DNA of 64,000 nucleotides from Acidobacteriota bacterium (GTDB lineage Bacteria; Acidobacteriota; UBA6911; RPQK01; JAJDTT01): NCBI GenBank assembly GCA_965263035.1, contig OZ253580.1, positions 5,440,001 to 5,504,000 of the forward strand, read 5' to 3'. Shown piece by piece: positions 57,197 to 64,000 of this stretch (position 1 is its first letter; each line of letters starts with the position of its first letter). The notes under the pieces were generated by a model. It saw only the letters and a program-made list of their open reading frames with translations, ran no database searches and was not told where the DNA came from. The position numbers and the translations under genes were made by a program.

Positions 57197-58132
57197 TTCC
57201 GCGTAGACCGGATGGCTAAGGTAGCGTTCGCCCAGGTCGCAGACCATGGCGACGACCCGGGCGCCTTTCCCCAACCTTCGGGCGATTCGGAGCGCGGCCC
57301 AGCAGTTGGACCCGGATGAGATGCCCGCGAAGATGCCCTCTTTGCGAGCCAGATTCCGGGTGACCCGGCGGGCGTCCTCGAACTGGACGCGGATGATCTC
57401 GTCGATGACATCGCGATTCAGGACCGACGGGACGAATCCGGCTCCGATGCCCTGGATCTCGTGGGGCCCTGGCTCTCCACCCGACAGCACCGGGGAGTCC
57501 GCCGGCTCGACGGCGACGATCAGGACGTCTCCCAATTCCTGTTTCAGGACCTCGCCCACACCGGTGATGGTGCCTCCCGTACCGACGCCAGCCACGAACG
57601 CATCCAATCTCCTGTCCGTTGCCTCCAGAATTTCCTGGGCCGTGGTGAGACGGTGAATTCTTGGATTAGCCGGATTGTTGAATTGCTGCGGCATGTAGGC
57701 GTCGGGAAGCCGATTCACCAGCTCTTCCGCCCTGTCGATGGCGGCGGTCATTCCGCGGATCTCGGGGGTCAGGACCAGTTCGGCCCCCATGGCCTGAAGA
57801 ACCCGCCTGCGTTCCATGGACATGGTGTCGGGCATGGTCAGGATCAGGCGGTACCCCATGACGGCCGCAGCCATGGCCAGGCCGATCCCCGTGTTTCCAC
57901 TGGTAGGCTCGACGATGACGGTCTTTCCCGGATGGATCCTGCCCTCGTCCTGCGCCTGTTTCAGCATGGCGTAGGCGATCCTGTCCTTGACGCTGAAGGA
58001 GGGGTTCAGGGACTCCAACTTCAGCAGGACCTCGGCCGATCCGGGACGAGTCAGGCGCTGGACCCGGACCAACGGCGTGTTGCCGATCAGTTCGAGGATG
58101 TTGTTTGCCAGTAGAGGGCGATGGCGGGGCAT
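57194..58132 (-). CDS. cysK: Cysteine synthase A
   Basis: IGNTPLV, SVKDRIA, EPTSGNTG, GVGTGGT, IQGIGAGF, ERYLS. Confidence 0.95.
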   Translation of the reverse strand: MPRHRPLLANNILELIGNTPLVRVQRLTRPGSAEVLLKLESLNPSFSVKDRIAYAMLKQAQDEGRIHPGKTVIVEPTSGNTGIGLAMAAAVMGYRLILTMPDTMSMERRRVLQAMGAELVLTPEIRGMTAAIDRAEELVNRLPDAYMPQQFNNPANPRIHRLTTAQEILEATDRRLDAFVAGVGTGGTITGVGEVLKQELGDVLIVAVEPADSPVLSGGEPGPHEIQGIGAGFVPSVLNRDVIDEIIRVQFEDARRVTRNLARKEGIFAGISSGSNCWAALRIARRLGKGARVVAMVCDLGERYLSHPVYAE

Positions 58133-58171
58133 GGGTAAAGTTGGATAATGGCCATCCGGCCAGGTCCGATG

Positions 58172-59593
58172 TCAGGCCAGGATCTCGTGGACCACGCGGC
58201 CGTGGACGTCGGTGAGACTCTCGTCGCGGCCCCCGAAACGATAGATCAGGCGCTCATGGTCCAGCCCCAGGAGGTGCAGGATGGTGGCGTGGAGGTCGTG
58301 GACAGAGGTCTTGTTTTCCACCACGGTCTTGCCGATCTCGTCGGTTTGACCATACAGGGTCCCGCCTTTGATTCCTCCTCCGGCCATCCAGATGGTGAAC
58401 GCCGTCTCCAGGTGATCGCGCCCGTCCCCGTTTCCGGTGTCCGGCGTGCGGCCGAACTCGGTGCCCCAGATGACCAGGGTCTCCTCCAACATCCCTCTGG
58501 ATTTGAGGTCCTTGATCAGGGCGGCCACTGCCTGATCCGCCACCAGGGCGTTCCCCTCATGTCCCTTCTTCAGGATCGTGTGCTGATCCCAGGTGCCGTT
58601 GGTGGCGCCGAAAAGCACGGGTGGAGTCACCTCGACGAATCGGACGCCGGACTCGATCAGGCGACGCGCCCGGAGGCATTGCAGGGCATAGTTCCGCTGG
58701 TCCTTATTGGAGGTGTCCAGCCCGTAGAGCCGTTGGGTGGCTTCGGTCTCGCGAGACAGGTCCAGCACATCGGGGACCAGGGACTGCATCCGGTAGGCCA
58801 TTTCGTAGTTGCGGATGGCCGACTCGATGGCGTCGTTTTTTCCGGCCTCGGCCAGAAACTCCCGGTCCTGGTCCAGCAGCACCGACAACTTGGTGTTCTG
58901 CACAGCACTTTCGTCGGCCGGAACCAGGTTCTCGATGGGTGTCCCCTCCGCCTTCACCGGCAACGCCTGATGGGTTGCGGGAAGGAAACCGTTGGAGAAG
59001 TTTTCCAATCCTCCCGGCGGGATCGACGTGCTTTCCGGATGGAGAAGGACGTAGCCGGGCAGGTTCTTGTTCTCGCTTCCCAGTGCATAGGTGATCCAGG
59101 ATCCCAGACTCGGGTAACCCCCGACGTTGCGGCCGGTGTGGAACAGGATGTTGCCTCGCGGGTGCAGGGGGAAGTTGGAGACCATGGAACGAACGATCGC
59201 CAGGTCGTCCACGCAGGTGGCGATGTGGGGGAAGAGCTCACTGACCGCGATTCCCGCCTTGCCGTATTTCTTGAAGGTCCAGGGACAGCCCTGATAGGTG
59301 CGGATCCCGTCTCCGGAGAGCTGGCCGTGCAGCTCGTTGAGCTTGGGTTTGGGATCGAAGGTATCCATGTGCGAGACGCCGCCCGGCATGAAGCAGAGGA
59401 TGACGTTCTTGACCTTGGGCTGAAAATGCGTCGGTGGCGTCGGGACCAGGCCCGCATAGGCGTCTTCAGCCATGAGGGCGGAAAGGGCGGTCAGTCCAAA
59501 CCCGTTGGCGCTCAGCGACAGCATCCGGCGCCGACTGAGCGGAGTGCCGATGCAACCCGGACACCCGTCTTGTTCCTTGATTCCCTGGGTCAT
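58172..59593 (-). CDS. DUF1501 domain protein (Tat signal)
   Basis: RRRML Tat-like start; GGVSHMDTFDPKP, ARRLIESGVRFVE, TEFGRTP, GRDH, HDLHAT. Confidence 0.92.
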   Translation of the reverse strand: MTQGIKEQDGCPGCIGTPLSRRRMLSLSANGFGLTALSALMAEDAYAGLVPTPPTHFQPKVKNVILCFMPGGVSHMDTFDPKPKLNELHGQLSGDGIRTYQGCPWTFKKYGKAGIAVSELFPHIATCVDDLAIVRSMVSNFPLHPRGNILFHTGRNVGGYPSLGSWITYALGSENKNLPGYVLLHPESTSIPPGGLENFSNGFLPATHQALPVKAEGTPIENLVPADESAVQNTKLSVLLDQDREFLAEAGKNDAIESAIRNYEMAYRMQSLVPDVLDLSRETEATQRLYGLDTSNKDQRNYALQCLRARRLIESGVRFVEVTPPVLFGATNGTWDQHTILKKGHEGNALVADQAVAALIKDLKSRGMLEETLVIWGTEFGRTPDTGNGDGRDHLETAFTIWMAGGGIKGGTLYGQTDEIGKTVVENKTSVHDLHATILHLLGLDHERLIYRFGGRDESLTDVHGRVVHEILA

Positions 59594-59597
59594 GACA

Positions 59598-62500
59598 TCA
59601 CCTCAGATAGATGAATTCCTTGGTGTTGAAGAGACTGTGGGCCACGTCCTTCCAGATCTTCTTGCTGGTCAGGATATGCTCTGGCGGGACCTGATACAAG
59701 CGTCCCAGCTTCCGGGTCAGCTCTCCAAACCGGGCTACCTCGCCGGGGCTCGGGGACCGAGAGAGCGCCCGGACGAACATTCGCCCCAAACGCTCCCGTA
59801 GCGTCTCCTCCTCCTGTTCCAGAAGCCGGTCGGCCCAGTAGTTCGCCTGTTGGATCACGAAGGGATCGTTGAGCATGGCCAGCGCCTGGGAGGGGACGTT
59901 GGTCACGTCCCGGCGTCCTCGGGAAACGGACGGGACGGGAAAATCGAAAAGCTCCAGAAAACGGGCACCCTCCATGCGGGTCACCCGCAGGTAGACACTC
60001 CGGCGCCCGTGGCCGTCCAACGGACCGGCGTGAAGCTTCCGGTATTCCTTGGTCTTCAGCCGATAAGGTTCGACGCTGGGACCGTAACGCAACGGATCGA
60101 GACGGCCCGAAGTGGCCAGGATCGAGTCGCGGATGGCCTCGGCCTCCAGGCGCCGGACCGGGTAGTGGTGCAGAAGCCGGTTCTCCGGGTCGATCCGGGA
60201 GGCTGCCTCGGACGTTCGACTCGCCTGCTGGAAGGCTTGAGTGAGAACCAGCCGCCGGACCAGCCGCTTCAGGGACCAGCCGTCGGCGATGAACCGCCGA
60301 GCCAGATGGTCCAGGAGCAGGCCGTTGGAGGGTCTCTCGCCGAAGTTGCCGAAGTCGTTGGTGGTGCCCACCAAACCTCGTCCGAAGAGGTAGCTCCAGA
60401 CCCGGTTGACCATGACCCGGGCGGTGAGGGGGTTTCGGGGGGAGGCAATGAGCTCCGCCAGTTCCCGCCGGCCGCTGCCGTTGGTTTCCAGGGGCCGGCC
60501 TCCGGTGAGCACGGTCAGGTAGCGGCGACGCACGGGATCACCCGGCTTTTTGGCGTCTCCGTTCTGCAGTAGCGAATAGTCACGTCCCAACCCCATGTCC
60601 AGCAACGAGTTGATGGTCTGGGGCCGGGAGAGACTGGATTCGATGGCTCTGTACTCGGAAATCAGCCGTGACAGCTTGGGCGTGAGGTCGGTGGAATTGT
60701 CCACCAAGTGGTTGGTGACGAGCCAGTGGACCCAGCGGACGTCGTCTTCGGTGGGCATTCCCTGGGACCAGGCCTGCAGGGACTGACGGCTTCGCTCGGC
60801 GTAGCGCCGGGCGGCTTCCTGAGGATTTTGGGGCGCCGGGTCCCGAAACAAGGGCAACAGATGGGTAAGGTCGTTGTGAGGAGGATCATCCACGTCGTGG
60901 AGCATCGCCCGCGCGATGCCGAAATAGGATCCGGGCGCCTCCATTTTCTCCTCGGTGAACCCCTTGATTCTCTTGGGCCTATCCGGGAGCCGTGGGTTGT
61001 TGGTCTTGGTGACCAGCTCGACGTAGACGGGAAATCGCTCCTTGTCCTGAAGAGTCGAAACCTTCTGCCAGTTGAGATCGGAGCTGTCGAAGACTTCGAT
61101 ACCCTCTCCCAGCATGCAGTTGTCCACGACCGCCCGGCGCCCTCCCAGCATTCCTCCCATGACCTGAAGGCTGAGAAACTTCCTTTCCTTGGTCAGGTAG
61201 GGGGAGCGGAGAGCCCCATTGAGCCGTTCCGAAAGGGCGTGGGTGTAGATTCCCGCGGGATAGACACCGTTGACCGCCACCGGCCCCTCCTGGGCCAACA
61301 TGAATTCTCCGTCCTCTGATCGGCCTTCGAGCAGTCCCACCCCCTCGGGGTACCAGTCGCTCAGAGGAAGTAAAGTGAAGTTCTCCTGGTTGTATGCTTG
61401 GCGGTCTCGGATCTCCTTCAAGTGCTCCGGCGCCGCTTGCTCCCAGAGTTCCTGGAATCGTTCCGGCGCCAGGCCCACCTCGCAGGTGACCGTCGACCAG
61501 GGATAGAGGAAGCTCTCGGGGTCGACGCTCTCCCTCTGGAGCGCCTGGATCCATCGTTCCAAGCGTTGGGGCTGGAGGTTCGGGCCGGCATCCACCGCCT
61601 TCGGATCGACCGGGGCCTGCGCGGCCAGGAGGTAGGACGGAATCTCTTCAACCTGTTCCAACCAGGCGGAGGCCAGCTCCGAGCGAATCTGCGGCTTGAG
61701 GGCCCGCAGCCGCTGCATCAAAGGAGACTGGGATCCACCCGTGTCCAGGGTGCCGGTGACCGGACGGGCACTGTTCAGGATCCCGTACAGGGCGTAGTAG
61801 TCCTCGATGGGAATAGGATCCAGCTTGTGATCGTGGCAGCGGGCGCAGGCGACGGAAAGCCCCTGGAAGGCCCGGGTGAGGGTGTCGATCTGGTCGTCCA
61901 CCACGTCGGTGCGAATTTCGCGGAACTCGATGCAGTCGTCGTGTCCCATCTCGCCCATGAGGAGAAAAGCGGAACCGGTGGCCGACTCGTTGATTCCCAG
62001 CGGGACGTTGACTCGGGGACTCTCGATCAGGTCGCCGGCGATATGTTCCCTGATCAGGTGATCGTAAGGGACGTCCTGGTTGAAGGCGCGGATCAGATAG
62101 TCGCGGTAGCGCCAAGCTCCCTTGACGATGTAGTTCCACTCGTAACCGTAGGTCTCGGCAAAGCGCACCACGTCCATCCAGTGCCGCGCCCAGTGTTCAC
62201 CGAAATAGGGAGAATCCAGGAGGCGGTCCACGAAGTTGGCGTAGGCCTGCTCGGACGGATCCCGGAGCAACTCATCCATGCTGGCCGGATTCGGCGGCAG
62301 TCCCACGAGTGAGAAACTGAGGCGCCGGGCCAGCGTGCGAATCTCGGCCCGTTCCGCGGGCTCAAGTCCCTCCTTGCGGAGCGCCGCCAGCAGGAATCGA
62401 TCGACCGGAGTCCGAGACCAACTCTCGTGATTCACCTGCGGCGGATCGGGCTCGGCAACCGGCTGGAAGGCCCAGTGCTCCCGGGTCAGACGGGCGTAGA

Positions 62501-62981
62501 AATCGGGCTCTTTCGTGACGTCCGGGCCCGAGGACCACGGAGCTCCCATCCGGACCCAGCTCTCCAGATGATCGATCTCGGCATCGGCCAGCATGCGCCC
62601 CAGGGGCATCTTCAGCTCCTGGTGCCGGACGGCCTGGATGATGAGGCTCTGTTCCGGGTCGCCGGGAACCAGGGCGGACCCTCGAAGGCCGCCCTTCAAG
62701 AGGGCCTCGCGGGAATCGACTCTGAGAGAAGAGAGTTGCTGCTGGGCGCCGTGGCAGGAGTAACAGTTTTCGACCAGCAGCGGGCGGACCTTCGTTTCGA
62801 AGAAATCCATGGCCTCGCGGTCGACTTTGGCGCCGGGCGGCGCCGAGAGGAGGAGGCCGCCACTGGAAAGGACCAGGAACGGCAGCAGAAGCAGACCAGC
62901 CAACAGGCTGAGCCTGACGTTCGGAGTCGCGATGGTACAGGGAATAAGCACGATCTCGTACCCGTGCCCACACGATAGCAT
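59598..62981 (-). CDS. PSD1 and planctomycete cytochrome c domain protein (DUF1549/DUF1553); start uncertain
   Basis: CYSCH and CARCHDHK heme motifs, HWAFQP, NPLTARVMVNRVW, RRLEAEAIRD. Confidence 0.92.
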   Translation of the reverse strand: MLSCGHGYEIVLIPCTIATPNVRLSLLAGLLLLPFLVLSSGGLLLSAPPGAKVDREAMDFFETKVRPLLVENCYSCHGAQQQLSSLRVDSREALLKGGLRGSALVPGDPEQSLIIQAVRHQELKMPLGRMLADAEIDHLESWVRMGAPWSSGPDVTKEPDFYARLTREHWAFQPVAEPDPPQVNHESWSRTPVDRFLLAALRKEGLEPAERAEIRTLARRLSFSLVGLPPNPASMDELLRDPSEQAYANFVDRLLDSPYFGEHWARHWMDVVRFAETYGYEWNYIVKGAWRYRDYLIRAFNQDVPYDHLIREHIAGDLIESPRVNVPLGINESATGSAFLLMGEMGHDDCIEFREIRTDVVDDQIDTLTRAFQGLSVACARCHDHKLDPIPIEDYYALYGILNSARPVTGTLDTGGSQSPLMQRLRALKPQIRSELASAWLEQVEEIPSYLLAAQAPVDPKAVDAGPNLQPQRLERWIQALQRESVDPESFLYPWSTVTCEVGLAPERFQELWEQAAPEHLKEIRDRQAYNQENFTLLPLSDWYPEGVGLLEGRSEDGEFMLAQEGPVAVNGVYPAGIYTHALSERLNGALRSPYLTKERKFLSLQVMGGMLGGRRAVVDNCMLGEGIEVFDSSDLNWQKVSTLQDKERFPVYVELVTKTNNPRLPDRPKRIKGFTEEKMEAPGSYFGIARAMLHDVDDPPHNDLTHLLPLFRDPAPQNPQEAARRYAERSRQSLQAWSQGMPTEDDVRWVHWLVTNHLVDNSTDLTPKLSRLISEYRAIESSLSRPQTINSLLDMGLGRDYSLLQNGDAKKPGDPVRRRYLTVLTGGRPLETNGSGRRELAELIASPRNPLTARVMVNRVWSYLFGRGLVGTTNDFGNFGERPSNGLLLDHLARRFIADGWSLKRLVRRLVLTQAFQQASRTSEAASRIDPENRLLHHYPVRRLEAEAIRDSILATSGRLDPLRYGPSVEPYRLKTKEYRKLHAGPLDGHGRRSVYLRVTRMEGARFLELFDFPVPSVSRGRRDVTNVPSQALAMLNDPFVIQQANYWADRLLEQEEETLRERLGRMFVRALSRSPSPGEVARFGELTRKLGRLYQVPPEHILTSKKIWKDVAHSLFNTKEFIYLR

Positions 62982-63144
62982 ATCTTCCTGTCTTTGACGC
63001 ACTTTGCTGACGTCGTACCAGTCACTTGCACGGGATCTCGGCACCACTGAATTGCGCTGCCGACGACGTTGGGTTAGTGTCTCGATGCTGTCTAGTGGAA
63101 TCATTTGGGAAGGGATTTTGTCGCGGCCTTGCGGGGAGGGAATC

Positions 63145-64000
63145 ATGGATACCATCAAGGGCGGATGCTGCTCAGTGGTCGCACGCGTATTCTCTCTGAC
63201 GGTCCTTGCGGGGACCCTTTCCTGCGGCCCCCCTACGGATGGATCGAAGCAAACCATGGAGCCCGAAAAACTCTTCTCCCCCAACTTATCTTCTGCCGAC
63301 TTCGGGACCACTCCTGACGGCGAGAGCGTCCGAATCTACACTCTGACGAATTCTGCCGGCCTTGAAGTCCGGGTCATCACCTACGGCGGCATCATCGTCT
63401 CCCTCCGGACCCCCGACCGGGACGGCAATTTCGACGACATCGTCCTGGGATTCGACTCCCTGGAGGGCTATGTTTCCAAGCACCCCTTTTTCGGCACGCT
63501 GGTGGGACGCTACGCCAACCGCATTTCCAAGGGGCGTTTCACTCTGGACGGAGTCGAGTACGAATTGGCCCGAAACAATGGGGAGAACCACCTCCACGGC
63601 GGGATCAAGGGCTTCGACAAGGTCGTTTGGCGGGATCGACCGGTTGAGGACGAAAACGGAGTGGGAGTCCTCCTCGAGTACACGAGTGTGGACGGAGAAG
63701 AAGGTTACCCCGGCACGCTGAACGTTCAGGTGACCTACACCCTGTATGAGAGCAATGAACTGATCTGCGACTATCGAGCCACCACGGACCGGGCCACGCC
63801 GATCAACCTGACCCAGCATTCGTACTTCAACTTGGCGGGCCAGGGAACGGGGAACGTGCTGGGGCATCTCCTGGAGTTGAACGCCGCGTCATTCACTCCC
63901 ATCGATGCCCAACTTATCCCCACGGGTGAGATCCGGCCTGTCGATGGTACCCCCTTGGACTTCAGGACGGAGACGCCCATAGGAGCCCGAATCAATTCTT
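63145..64000 (+). CDS. galM: Aldose 1-epimerase (mutarotase), probable lipoprotein; 3'-truncated by window
   Basis: Read directly from sequence: GRYANRI, NHLHGG, EEGYPG, TPINLTQHSYFNL; LAGTLSC lipobox-like; GGAGG SD. Confidence 0.92.
   Translation, partial: MDTIKGGCCSVVARVFSLTVLAGTLSCGPPTDGSKQTMEPEKLFSPNLSSADFGTTPDGESVRIYTLTNSAGLEVRVITYGGIIVSLRTPDRDGNFDDIVLGFDSLEGYVSKHPFFGTLVGRYANRISKGRFTLDGVEYELARNNGENHLHGGIKGFDKVVWRDRPVEDENGVGVLLEYTSVDGEEGYPGTLNVQVTYTLYESNELICDYRATTDRATPINLTQHSYFNLAGQGTGNVLGHLLELNAASFTPIDAQLIPTGEIRPVDGTPLDFRTETPIGARINS

Overview
High-GC bacterial chromosomal segment, most consistent with an Acidobacteriota-type diderm (inference from gene content and order). 1-26 kb is a housekeeping block: lptB-rpoN-hprK-EIIA-HPr-EI, pgsA-like, enoyl-CoA hydratase, ribH-nusB-lysS-lolCE/D-clpC-bamA-skp-lpxD-fabZ-lpxA-lpxI-gnnA-like-miaA-gatB-response regulator, tRNA-Leu(CAG). 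26-49 kb is accessory: Tat enzymes, amtB, lgt, epimerases/SDR, propeller proteins, MFS, SGNH, an FG-GAP repeat protein, a LarA-like protein and an aminotransferase. The right end holds an M23 peptidase, cysK, a PSD1-cytochrome c/DUF1501 pair and galM. Three things stand out. (1) A ~6.5 kb AT-richer island (49160-55623) is bounded by an 11-bp direct repeat plus 32-bp inverted arms (att-like). It has no visible recombinase and carries an atypical tRNA-like gene, a DUF5677-like gene split by IS1380, and an ISNCY-type IS. (2) A small cassette encodes a membrane-anchored ankyrin protein and a secreted 8-Cys miniprotein with perfectly symmetric spacing 3-6-10-8-10-6-3. (3) Eight copies of a ~162-bp structured MITE-like repeat show compensatory base changes; one copy appears to supply the nusB ribosome-binding site. 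All assignments come from motif recognition by eye; no searches were run.
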